In this document: positions 22,050 to 31,625 of the stretch, piece by piece
Layout of the letters: each line of letters opens with the position of its first letter
Numbering within the stretch: the first letter of the stretch is position 1
Assembly: GCA_963845065.1 (NCBI GenBank)
Contig: CAWJQQ010000009.1
Coordinates: 832,001 to 896,000 of the forward strand
DNA length: 64,000 nt
Direction of reading: 5' to 3'
Source: Nitrospirota bacterium
Lineage (GTDB): Bacteria > Nitrospirota > UBA9217
The notes under the pieces: model-generated
Seen by the model: only the letters and a program-made list of their open reading frames with translations
Database searches by the model: none
Told to the model about the DNA's origin: nothing
Position numbers and translations under genes: made by a program

Positions 22050-22697
22050 TCAATCAACAAGTCGAAAACGAAGCGGCACGTCCACCCAAGCAGATATCGG
22101 AATGTTCCCCTGCCGCGCGGGCACAAATGACCAACCTTGTACCGTGGTCAAGGCGGCTTGATCCAGCACTGACGATCCTGAGCTTTTCCCAAGATGGACG
22201 ATTTCCGGCTTCCCCTCAGAGCTGACAAGTACCTGTAGGATTACTGTGCCTTCCAGCTTCATTCGGCGGGCGATCGATGGATACGGGGGTTTTGGATTCT
22301 TGAGATAAGCAGCGTTAAAAACGGGGTCGACCAATACTGAGTCACTACTGTTAGACCCTGCTTCACGGGTATGTAGTGATTCATTTGCCGTTTTTTGATT
22401 GGATAATGCTTCCTGCGTCAACAACGGCTTCTGTACTATGGAAGTTTCAGGGGGTGCTTTCTGCTGTTGCACCACCGGCTTTGGAGCTTCCATTTTTTTT
22501 GCCGGCCTTTTCAATTGGCGCGTGATCCTTTCCTCCGAATCGTTTTTTGATGCATCTGCTGCGCCGGTAAGGATCCCGATCTCGATGGGAACGGACATGC
22601 CAGGCGCTACATTCAATCGGCTGACACTGAAGATCAGCGTGAACACCGCTGCATGAATAAGCAAGGAAACCTTTAAACCTGCGAGGTGGTATTTCAT
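22050..22697 (-). CDS. tonB: Energy transducer TonB
   Basis: N-terminal TM with SxxxH; YLKNPKPPYP..ARR...EGTV; SSGSSVLDQAAL. Confidence 0.92.
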   Translation of the reverse strand: MKYHLAGLKVSLLIHAAVFTLIFSVSRLNVAPGMSVPIEIGILTGAADASKNDSEERITRQLKRPAKKMEAPKPVVQQQKAPPETSIVQKPLLTQEALSNQKTANESLHTREAGSNSSDSVLVDPVFNAAYLKNPKPPYPSIARRMKLEGTVILQVLVSSEGKPEIVHLGKSSGSSVLDQAALTTVQGWSFVPARQGNIPISAWVDVPLRFRLVD

Positions 22698-23074
22698 TTC
22701 ATCTCTTCTGTCTGCAAACTGACCCGCTTGAACTCGATGTTTTTCACGACATCGAGGACATCAACAAAGGCCTGAAGGTGGCTATTTCTGTCAGCTCTGA
22801 TGAGGACCGGCGTTTCCTTCGGTCTTGCTTTCAGCGAGTCTTTTAACTCGTCCAGCGATACACGTTGCGAGTTCAGATAGATGCTTCCGTTTACGCTTAT
22901 TTCGATGGTCAGTGACTTTACTATATCTGCCGGGCTCTTTGACGCCTTGGGAAGTTCAACGGGAAGCGCTCCCGTTGCAATAAAGGTAGATGTTGTAAGT
23001 ACGATGGTGAGAAGCACAAGCATCACGTCAACAAGAGGAATGACGTTGATGTAATCAAACTCTTTCTCGTCCAT
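22694..23074 (-). CDS. exbD: Biopolymer transporter ExbD
   Basis: INVIPLVDVMLVLLTI, VELPKAS and LIRAD motifs. Confidence 0.93.
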   Translation of the reverse strand: MDEKEFDYINVIPLVDVMLVLLTIVLTTSTFIATGALPVELPKASKSPADIVKSLTIEISVNGSIYLNSQRVSLDELKDSLKARPKETPVLIRADRNSHLQAFVDVLDVVKNIEFKRVSLQTEEMK

Positions 23075-23489
23075 TTTGAATCTCCCATTGCATCATCAGG
23101 ACTTTTGCCCTTCTCACCAGAAGGTTATAAAGGACAACAGATGGAATAGCGACAAGCAATCCTGCGGCGGTAGCCTTCAAGGCGAGTGAAAGGCCAACCA
23201 TGATCTTCCCTGAGTCCATGAAGCCCTCTTTTCCCATGGTATAAAAAGTGAGCATGATACCAAGCACCGTGCCAAGTAACCCGATATAGGGAGCATTGCT
23301 TCCTATGGTAGCAATGAAATGAAGCTTCTCTGTAAGCACCAATTCTAGGCTCTTCATATCATGGTATTGCTCTATGTTAAGATTCTTGTATACAAGATGC
23401 CTTTCAACTGCTATAGCAATAGCTACAATACTTAAGAGCAGCATTAACCCCATGATTCCGTAATCTATAGCGACTCTGAGCCATTCCAT
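23055..23489 (-). CDS. exbB: Short-type ExbB
   Basis: IGSNAPYIGLLGTVLGIM...ALKATAAGLLVAIP. Confidence 0.93.
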   Translation of the reverse strand: MEWLRVAIDYGIMGLMLLLSIVAIAIAVERHLVYKNLNIEQYHDMKSLELVLTEKLHFIATIGSNAPYIGLLGTVLGIMLTFYTMGKEGFMDSGKIMVGLSLALKATAAGLLVAIPSVVLYNLLVRRAKVLMMQWEIQNGRERV

Positions 23490-23766
23490 AGTATTCTCAC
23501 TCCTCTGCCGTTACAGCATTTTTGTCACGACAAAATATTTTTAACGTGCGATGTCCTTTATCTAGAGATGGTCGTCTCGATTCGTTAAATTATTGATACA
23601 GAACGCAGCTTCTGCTGGAATAGCTTCCAGCACTTTTACCTAGCGATATCGCTTAGACAACCAGCAATTCCCGCATTACAATTGAGAGATGAACCGATTC
23701 AGCGTTTGCAACACAAGAGCGGCTATGTTATTCACAATATTACAGGCATAATTGTCATATATGACG

Positions 23767-23812
23767 GTGTTACGTTTTGTATTTTAGTAACACACCTGGA
23801 TTGATCTGTCAA
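23767..23812 (-). promoter_or_regulatory. Promoter of exbBD-tonB-receptor with an overlapping NikR-type operator
   Basis: Palindrome GTGTTAC-N13-GTAACAC (23767-23793); minus-strand TTGACA (23812-23807), 17 bp, TACTAA (23789-23784) with extended TG. Confidence 0.75.
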
Positions 23813-24120
23813 GTAATTTTTCAGACAAAAGATGGGCGAGTGTAATTTATTTTAAATTGAGGGGGTTATGCTTTTGGGAGGCTAATTATCGGAATGCTGA
23901 CTTATAGAATTCAGTCAGAACTATGTGTTATTCTAGCTCTATTACCCTCGTTGTCATGATCAGTTTCCATGCATCACGCCTTTTTCCCGATTAGACGATA
24001 GGAGATTTTTCCTATTCGCGTGACACTCTCCCGTTACGTTCAATACTTCAAGGCAGTTGTTGACATCGAACTTATTGCCTTGCAGACTATCAACGGAAAC
24101 GACGCAGCGTGTAATTTCAA

Positions 24121-24853
24121 AAGCTAAACCCCCGACCAGGGCCGGGGAGAATAGATGAAAACTATGCTGCAGTATTTGAAAAAGAAAAGCTCCTTTCCAA
24201 CAATAAGACCGCTGTTCCAATGGTCATCGTAAGAAAAGAGCATACAGGTGATGGAAAATTTAGCAAACACAGTCCATGAATGTAAATATCATATTTAATT
24301 TGTGCCCGAAGTTCAGAAGGAAAGGCATATACGGACGACTTCGATAGGAGATTGGCCTTATATTGCGTCAGTTGTGTTAATACAAAGGCGTAGGGGAAGG
24401 GAAAGCTTTTATAGACCACACCCCTATGTGTCTGTCGATCACGCCCAAATATGCAGTAGCGACCATCGTGGGGTATATAAAGGGAAAAAGCGCGATGATT
24501 GTGTTTAAACAGTACGGAAAAACACAAACGTAATTTCAAAGGTCATAGTTTTTGGACATACGGGTACTATGTCAGTACGGTGGGGCTGGATGAAGAGAAG
24601 ATAAGGAAATACATCAGGGATCAGGGAATCAATGAATCGATTGTAGATAAGTATGAGCGGATGTGCATGACCCTTTTAGGGTTGCCTGTAGTAGGAAGCA
24701 ATTAGAAACCAACAATCCACGTAACGCGAATGGTTAACGGAACGGCCAATTGCACCACGATCAACAGAAAGAAAAGATAACCCTTAAGGGATGCAAGTAA
24801 TACGTCTCCCAATGGAGCTTAAACAAACCACCGGCTACGCCGGAGGTCATGTT
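24121..24853 (+). mobile_element. tnpA: Degenerate IS200-like element with frameshifted tnpA (Y1 transposase) pseudogene at about 24250-24705
   Basis: Fragments ECKYHI, PKYAVATIVGYIKGKSAM and FKGHSFWTYGYYVSTVGLDEEKIRKYIRDQ in different frames; terminal hairpins CCCCGACCAGGGCCGGGG (about 24129) and CCACCGGCTACGCCGGAGG (about 24828). Confidence 0.8.
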
Positions 24854-25455
24854 TTATTGGAGAGACAAAAACTGCCAAGTACGTCTCGCATTTGCTGTTC
24901 AATAAGCTGTTGGACAGGCGGCAGTTCTCTTACTATTATTTTAGCTGCCTCATCCATAAGGTCCTTATGGGATGAAATATCTTTAGATTCCAAGTGAAGA
25001 GAATCACCACGTGATAAAATTTGATGAAAATTAGAAGTTATGCCGACAGTGGAAAAGGCATTGATACATTTTTGAATTAGATTTTCAATTTGCATACAGA
25101 AATCTTCGTCTAAGTAGAGTCGGTTCTGATAGAAACATTCTTGAAAGGTAACAAAGTGTTGGACTGCTTGAACATGTTGCTCTTCGGGCGAAGACTCACC
25201 CTGAAACCTACCGGCGCGAATTGATGCCAGTAACGAGCCACGAAGATGGTCCATTGACTTATAAAGCGTGTCGATTGCATCTGCCCTTCGTTTGTGTAAA
25301 TGGATAAAGCGTGTGTCATGTTCAGAAAGAAGTTCTTGAAGATGGCCTATAATTTTCATCTGCTTCTTTAGTGACAGGTAGATTATGCTCCCGCCGATCA
25401 CGATAACAAATAATGTAATTAATGTAATGAAAGAGATGTTATTAGCAACGTCCAT
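24847..25455 (-). CDS. Hypothetical protein with N-terminal TM anchor
   Basis: RBS GAGGGG; hydrophobic N-terminal helix followed by a helical soluble domain. Confidence 0.65.
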   Translation of the reverse strand: MDVANNISFITLITLFVIVIGGSIIYLSLKKQMKIIGHLQELLSEHDTRFIHLHKRRADAIDTLYKSMDHLRGSLLASIRAGRFQGESSPEEQHVQAVQHFVTFQECFYQNRLYLDEDFCMQIENLIQKCINAFSTVGITSNFHQILSRGDSLHLESKDISSHKDLMDEAAKIIVRELPPVQQLIEQQMRDVLGSFCLSNKT

Positions 25456-25522
25456 TGGCAACCCCCCCTCAACCAACAACTTCGTTTACAATATTTGTTT
25501 AAGATAATCTTAACGACCGCAC

Positions 25523-25783
25523 TTAATGCTTGTGGTCGTGCTTTTCAGTATAGTGGTTCGCATGATCATGATCGTGTTTGACGTGTTCGTCCAGGTGATT
25601 GTCACTATGCATGTTTTGCTCCGGAGCATGCTGATGATCGTAAGCATGATCATGGGGATGCTCGTGAGCATGCCCATGCTCGTGTTCATGGATATGACTC
25701 TCCCCGTCATGGGAATGTTCGTGACGATGTTTATGCTCGTGTTCATGTGAATGTTTATGACTGTGTATGCTTTCTCCGTCCAT
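25523..25783 (-). CDS. Histidine-rich metal-binding protein (86 aa, 31 His)
   Basis: RBS AGGAGA; HxHxHxH runs throughout. Confidence 0.75.
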   Translation of the reverse strand: MDGESIHSHKHSHEHEHKHRHEHSHDGESHIHEHEHGHAHEHPHDHAYDHQHAPEQNMHSDNHLDEHVKHDHDHANHYTEKHDHKH

Positions 25784-26447
25784 AATCAAGTCTCCTTTAA
25801 CTTTTCTTGGTATTTGCCATTCAACCATTCTATTTCTATTATACTATTTCTTAACCTGCCATCAAGTTAAGATGGCGCATATTGTGCAAATGTTTTTTAC
25901 GATGTATTTAATATGGAACCTCGTTGTTTCTAAAAAGTATGTTGCTGGATATCCCTTACTTATTCTTTTATCTTTTATAACCCAAACCTGCAAGCCGGAA
26001 CCAACACGTTTAGAAAAACCATGCTACTATTAGCCTCTTCTCTTTGCCGGCATGGAGGTTATCATGATAATCCCGGAACGCTATCAGGATCATATATTTG
26101 GTACTCTAACCTACTGTGACTGAATGATGAAGCAGGGCACACTACCCGGCTGGCGCTAAAGTCAGAGGATAACAACTTTTTTCCATGCCCGTCAGATCAA
26201 GATATTTGAGATGCCAAGTTCACCCAAGCGTAAATCGGGAAGACTTACAAGTTCTACATTTACAAACTAGGTAAGGCCAAGATCACAGCGGGACCGATCA
26301 TTCGAAATATGTCTCTAATCCAACAATTGGCACATATTTGATGCATGATCGGTAAAGACATTTGCCAAATTTAAGCAGCTTTTTGATCCTTTAGTTGCCA
26401 ATGAAGAAGCACCTACGGCGGATTCTCTGGTGAATGTTTTCTCCATT

Positions 26448-26831
26448 TCATTTCTTTTTCAGTACTTTCGTTCGTGCCTTTCGGCGAGCTTTGGCATGCA
26501 CTTCAGTGCTCGTGCCTTCGAGCACCTTGATCTGTGCTTCAAGGGCTTGAATCCGGGCAACAAGCTCCTTCACCCCTGCGTCGAGAGTGGGGTTTTTGGC
26601 TTTGGCACCGTTCATAAGTTGATATGTTTTTGCGCCGAGATCAGCAATCGTGTCATGGATCTTTGCTTTGAGTCTTAATATCTTGTACTGTCGTTTTCCT
26701 TCTTCTGTGAGTTCCCCGGCTTTCTTCTGCACCACAACGGCGCCTTGCTTCACTGCCGTCATGCTTTTTTCCAGACCTTGATGCAGATCCTTCTTGATTG
26801 CGTCCCAGTTGAAACCCTCGAGATAGCCCAT
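26448..26831 (-). CDS. Hypothetical coiled-coil protein with basic tail
   Basis: RBS GGAGGTGA; amphipathic helical sequence. Confidence 0.7.
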   Translation of the reverse strand: MGYLEGFNWDAIKKDLHQGLEKSMTAVKQGAVVVQKKAGELTEEGKRQYKILRLKAKIHDTIADLGAKTYQLMNGAKAKNPTLDAGVKELVARIQALEAQIKVLEGTSTEVHAKARRKARTKVLKKK

Positions 26832-27101
26832 ATCGATCACCTCCTGTTGGAATGGAATACTCATTGTTTTATTATCATTGTAACATAATGGACGTAATTC
26901 CGGTGATACAATACATTAAGAAATGTGAATTGAATAAGTGACAGTGGATTTATAGCGGCAAAAGCGTCAAGATCCATATTCATACAATCAATTAAGGTTT
27001 ACTTGCCATGAAATCCTACGGCTAGACCTTACTATCATTGCTCCCTTCCAGATTATCCCCAACCGAGAGGGAAGCACACAGAGAGGTAAAAAACTATTGA
27101 T

Positions 27102-27350
27102 ATGTACACAGAGAATCAAAAAAAAGACGATGCGAGTGAATGGGTGATCCTCCTGCACGGCCTTGGCCGCTACAGACAGTCTATGCGAGGGCTCCCGCGG
27201 ATTCTAAAAAGCTTACAGCTGGGTCAGCAAAGTTCTGGCCGGTGCGAAACCGCTCCGCTAAGGCGGTATCGAGTCTGGTTCTCCAATCTACAAATTTGCA
27301 GACTGCTTTTTATGAGCGCCTTTAAGAATTCAGGAGACAAGCGAACATGA
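27102..27350 (+). pseudogene. Alpha/beta-hydrolase N-terminal fragment
   Basis: VILLHGLGR..xSM motif, after which the similarity is lost; no GxSxG nucleophile elbow. Confidence 0.45.
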
Positions 27351-27757
27351 CAAAAAAAAGCATGCTGGTTGCCTGTGCAATTATAGAACATGATGGCAAG
27401 ATACTAGCAGTCCAGCGCAGCGAACACATGAACCTGCCATACAAATGGGAGTTTCCCGGCGGGAAAATCATGAAAGGCGAATCGCCTGAACAGTGCGTTG
27501 TCCGTGAAGTGTCTGAAGAGCTGAGTCTGCAGATAGAAGTCGGTCAATCATTGCCATCCGTAAACTATGACTATCCGGATATTTCCGTAACGCTTTACCC
27601 CTTCATTTGCGCTATGGTTTCGGGTGTGATCACGCTGCACGAACATAAAACAATGCGTTGGTTATCAACACACGAGTTATGTTCACTCGACTGGCTTGCT
27701 GCGGATTTTCCGATTATTGCAGCATACCGTGATAAGCTGAACAGGCATTCGTCATAA
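27347..27757 (+). CDS. MutT-like NUDIX (d)NTP pyrophosphohydrolase
   Basis: WEFPGGK...GESPEQCVVREVSEEL Nudix box; LDWLAAD. Confidence 0.9.
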   Translation: MTKKSMLVACAIIEHDGKILAVQRSEHMNLPYKWEFPGGKIMKGESPEQCVVREVSEELSLQIEVGQSLPSVNYDYPDISVTLYPFICAMVSGVITLHEHKTMRWLSTHELCSLDWLAADFPIIAAYRDKLNRHSS

Positions 27758-27926
27758 GGAACATTAAGACATAGACCGGGGTAGAAAAGCCATTGCAATT
27801 CATCGTTTTACCTGCCTCTTTCCCTATGAAGCATTCTGTACAGTCTTTTCCTTTATAATATCGTGGTCAAATTATACAACTTATACATCATTCCAGGCAC
27901 GTTGAAGTTCGGTACTTATCGATTAA

Positions 27927-27986
27927 GACCGGCCTGAACACCGGGGAGGGGAGCATAAGGTGTCTAGGGAAGTGTTCAGGCCGGTC
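27927..27986. repeat. Perfect 15-bp inverted repeat around a 30-nt purine-rich loop
   Basis: GACCGGCCTGAACAC (27927-27941) / GTGTTCAGGCCGGTC (27972-27986). Confidence 0.7.
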
Positions 27987-28708
27987 CACAATCGCTGCTT
28001 GATCCTGATATCCTCAGAACTATATTTTAACACCAGCCAGTTTTTTTTAATTTCCGTCCGATGTCCTGGCTAAATACCTTTGCCACGATACTTTGATATA
28101 CCCTATCAAGTCGTTGAGCCTGTCTTGCCACTGAGTCCCTGAATGAGAAGGCCCTTTTGCCCCGGCTTGCGTATTCTCATCCCGTAGGGAGTACCAGTAA
28201 CCGAGTTATCAAAAAGTAACCGCAAAAGCCTTATGATACATCAGACGGATCACTGCGAGCCGACATGCGTATATTGCTCTGCCGCAACGATCGGGATTTT
28301 CTCAACGGTAGGTAGAATCGTGTTATACATTTCTGACCAGATAAGTCCATGCGGCCTGCGAAGCCAAGCGTATCACTTTGTACGAATTAACGTTGCTGAA
28401 ACAATTCTTCATCTCTTCAGCAATCCTTCAGTGCGCTCTCGTCAAGGGTTGGACTATTTCTCATTATCGCACTATAGCGCAGTTTTGTTACAGCATGATG
28501 ACGGTAAAGTTAAATCTTAATAAATACGACTCAGGTCAGAGCAGTGTGTCGATTTTTTTCGGAGAGGAACATGCGGGAGAAAATTATTTATGGTGAACGG
28601 ATAATTTAGATTCAGGTAGGCTGATAATGATAATGAAAACATAAGGAGTTCAAGTTGTTACGGTCATTATAGAGCATGCTTTTCGACAGAAATATGACTT
28701 AAGGATAT

Positions 28709-28762
28709 TTAACAAAACTTTCACGATTCCTTAATAACCATGTAACAGACGTATCGTATAGT
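28709..28762 (+). promoter_or_regulatory. Pho-box promoter of the phn operon
   Basis: TTAACA, TTCACG, TTAATA, GTAACA at exact 11-bp spacing (28709, 28720, 28731, 28742), 9 bp, then TATAGT. Confidence 0.8.
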
Positions 28763-28806
28763 ATTTCAAAAATAGCACACTCGTCAACTGCAAGGTGTCA
28801 CCTTAA

Positions 28807-29370
28807 ATGTTAAAGAATGAAAATGATAATTTGCAAAAAAGGTGCATGTCGTCTCTCAAAGAAATTCGGGAGGCAGTCCTGATACGTGAAGCTTCGGAAG
28901 TTGATCTCGCTGCCATCCTTGCCATCTATTCTCAGCTCGGCATGGAAGACGGTGCTGTCCTTTCCTGGGATGATGCAAAAAAGATCTTTAATCAGATGAA
29001 GACCTATCCTGACTATACTGTCTATGTAGCAGTTTATGGGACTACGGTTGTGGGGTCTTTCGCTTTACTGATCATGGACAATCTCGGCCACAAGGGTGCG
29101 CCGTCAGGGGTCGTGGAGGACGTCATCGTCCATCAGGACTGGAGAGGGAGAGGCATTGGGAGAACGATGATGGAGGAAGCAATGTCTTTGTGCGCAAGTA
29201 AGGGTTGTTACAAGCTTGCTTTGACTTCGAATAAACTTCGCCACAACGCGCATGTGTTTTACAAGGTATTGGGGTTTGATGTGCATGGATTCAGTTATAG
29301 TATACCCGTTGGAATAAGCAGACACCCAACCGGGCTGTGCGATGGGGCTGATAGGGGAGCTTCGTCATGA
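28807..29370 (+). CDS. GNAT acetyltransferase, probable aminoalkylphosphonate N-acetyltransferase (PhnO-like)
   Basis: VEDVIV..DWRGRGIG and CYKLALTSN..R..AHxFY..LGF motifs; first gene of the phn operon; start may be ATG 28846. Confidence 0.75.
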   Translation: MLKNENDNLQKRCMSSLKEIREAVLIREASEVDLAAILAIYSQLGMEDGAVLSWDDAKKIFNQMKTYPDYTVYVAVYGTTVVGSFALLIMDNLGHKGAPSGVVEDVIVHQDWRGRGIGRTMMEEAMSLCASKGCYKLALTSNKLRHNAHVFYKVLGFDVHGFSYSIPVGISRHPTGLCDGADRGASS

Positions 29371-30530
29371 GTATGTTGGAAAAAGATTTTATAATTGAAA
29401 ACGCTTCTCTTGTCTGTCCGGAAGGGATCATCGAGGATGGAACACTCACTATAGAGAATGGACTTATCACAGAGGTGCGCTCAGGTCGTTTACCCGGAGA
29501 TCAGAAAAGGATCGACGCAAAAGGCAAATTGGTCCTTCCTGGTTTTGTTGACATTCACAGTGACGCCATTGAAAAAGAGATCGAGCCGAGACCACGGTCT
29601 TATTTCCCCTTCGATATTGCTATCGCCGAGCTCGATAAGAAGATGGCTGCAAGCGGCATTACGACTATTTATCATTCCCTGTCGTTTGCAGAGCACGAAA
29701 TCGGCCTCAGAAAAAATGAGACTGCAGCGACGATTGTAAAAAAAATAAACACGATGGTCCCGAATCTGAGCGTAAACACGAAAGTGCATGTCCGCTATGA
29801 GATAACCGATACCACTGCCGTGACCAGCCTTGAAGAATTGGTACGTGGCGGTTCCGTTCACCTTATGTCGTTTATGGACCACACGCCTGGCCAAGGCCAG
29901 TTCAAAGAAGTGATGGAGTTCAAGAATTACTTCGGGACAGTGTATCAGAAACACAGCACGGAACTTGACTGCATGATTGAAAGGAAGCTCAGCGTTCTCC
30001 GGGACACGAAGGAAGCAATGCTGGGTTATCTTATCGGCCTCTGCAAACGATATGAAATCCCCCTTGCTTCCCATGACGATGATACGGCCGAAAAAATAGA
30101 CTGGATGCAGTCCATGGGCATCACCATAACCGAGTTTCCCGTGAATATCGAAGCAGCCCACTATGCAAGTATCAAGGGTTTGTATGTCTGCGTTGGGGCA
30201 CCGAACATCCTCCGGGGCGGCTCGGTGATCAAGAATCTCAGTGCGCGTCAGGCAGTGAGTGATCGCTGTGTTGATATCATATGTTCGGATTATGTGCCCA
30301 TGGCGATGCTTCATGCCGTGTTTATTTTGCACAGGACGTTGGCACTCCCTCTCCATGAGGTGGCAAAAATGGCGAGTTTTTACCCTGCGGAAGCTGTCGG
30401 CATAAGTGGCTATACCGGTTCGCTTGAAGCGGGCAAGGTAGCTGACCTGATTATCGTCGACCAGACCGATTCAATACCAAGAATAAAAAAAACATTCGTA
30501 TCAGGAAGGGAAGTCTTTTCTACATATTAA
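29367..30530 (+). CDS. phnM: Alpha-D-ribose 1-methylphosphonate 5-triphosphate diphosphatase, copy 1
   Basis: PGFVDIHSDAIEK...PRP, MDHTPGQGQF, ASHDD, EFPV, GAPN..RGGS and SDYVP motifs. Confidence 0.93.
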   Translation: MSMLEKDFIIENASLVCPEGIIEDGTLTIENGLITEVRSGRLPGDQKRIDAKGKLVLPGFVDIHSDAIEKEIEPRPRSYFPFDIAIAELDKKMAASGITTIYHSLSFAEHEIGLRKNETAATIVKKINTMVPNLSVNTKVHVRYEITDTTAVTSLEELVRGGSVHLMSFMDHTPGQGQFKEVMEFKNYFGTVYQKHSTELDCMIERKLSVLRDTKEAMLGYLIGLCKRYEIPLASHDDDTAEKIDWMQSMGITITEFPVNIEAAHYASIKGLYVCVGAPNILRGGSVIKNLSARQAVSDRCVDIICSDYVPMAMLHAVFILHRTLALPLHEVAKMASFYPAEAVGISGYTGSLEAGKVADLIIVDQTDSIPRIKKTFVSGREVFSTY

Positions 30531-30620
30531 GACCGCAAAGCAGGCTTTCGTTACTTATCACGGCCGCCGTACGTGAGAACGAATGATCGCGCATGAGTGA
30601 TATCATGGTTGTGTAAGATT

Positions 30621-31040
30621 ATGGATACTTCCTTCAATACACTAGTAGTGAAAATGGACGACAAATCGCTCTCCCGTCTTCAGCGTTTGTTGCCGTTAGA
30701 AGAGATTTCGGTTACCAAGGCACCAGAAACTGGCCTGATCATGATGACGGCACGTGACTGCTTTGATACGGATTTCTGCCTTGGTGAAATTCTAGTGACC
30801 GTTGCAGAAACACAGATTGAGAACGCGCAAGGATACTCTATGGTTCTCGGTGACAATCCTCGCAAAGCCATCATAAGTGCGTCGCTGGACGCAATATTCA
30901 ATGGCAATGACTCAAAATTAAAGGCAAAGCTCATTCGCTGCCTCCGCTCTTTTGAAAAACGACACATGAACCAGCAGAGAACGGAATCACTGTTGCCGGC
31001 ATCGACGCGCGTTCAGTTCGATGCCATGCCGGAAGGATGA
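30621..31040 (+). CDS. phnG: C-P lyase subunit PhnG
   Basis: PETGLIM...FCLGEILVT...TRVQF; position before phnH. Confidence 0.9.
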   Translation: MDTSFNTLVVKMDDKSLSRLQRLLPLEEISVTKAPETGLIMMTARDCFDTDFCLGEILVTVAETQIENAQGYSMVLGDNPRKAIISASLDAIFNGNDSKLKAKLIRCLRSFEKRHMNQQRTESLLPASTRVQFDAMPEG

Positions 31041-31621
31041 GCCCGATGAATATGGAAATCCAGACACAACAGGCCTTCCGTACGATCATGCGGGCAATGT
31101 CATACCCTGGCACCATCCATCACCTTGCTAATCACAATTCTCGCAAGATAGGGACCACAAGCTTGCAACTAGTAGCCGAGGCGCTGTTCGATCAGGACGT
31201 GGCGTTCTGCGTTATCGGAGATCACGAGACGCGGGAGCTTGAAGACATTTTGTGTAAACGGACCAACAGCACGGTAACCGAGCTTTCGATTGCTGATTTT
31301 ATTATCGTGACAAAAGGCGTTAGCACGGGAAAACTGCTTTCTGCAAAGACGGGTATTCCCGAATACCCTGACCGGAGTGCTACGGTACTCTTTAGCATTG
31401 AGTCGTTGGCAGATGGCAGTGCCAGCGATTTCCTAGTCCGGCTTACCGGTCCGGGAATATTGGGTGAAAAATATATTCAGATACATGGGCTTGATCATGA
31501 GGAACTGTGTCATCTGCGGGAATTAAACAGCGGATACCCTCTTGGTGTTGACAGCATCTTTCTCGATCAACAAGATCGCATCATGTGCATACCGCGGTCC
31601 GCGAAGATCCAATTGAGGTAA
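31037..31621 (+). CDS. phnH: C-P lyase subunit PhnH
   Basis: QQAFR.IM.AMSYPG, G..EYPD.SAT, LTGPGI, YPLGVD and IPRS motifs. Confidence 0.93.
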   Translation: MSPMNMEIQTQQAFRTIMRAMSYPGTIHHLANHNSRKIGTTSLQLVAEALFDQDVAFCVIGDHETRELEDILCKRTNSTVTELSIADFIIVTKGVSTGKLLSAKTGIPEYPDRSATVLFSIESLADGSASDFLVRLTGPGILGEKYIQIHGLDHEELCHLRELNSGYPLGVDSIFLDQQDRIMCIPRSAKIQLR

Positions 31622-31625
31622 GGGC

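Noticed and set aside
25510..25750. Met-rich ORFs overlapping the His-rich gene
   Set aside because: Alternative-frame and antisense readings of CAT/CAC repeats; only the His frame has a clear RBS
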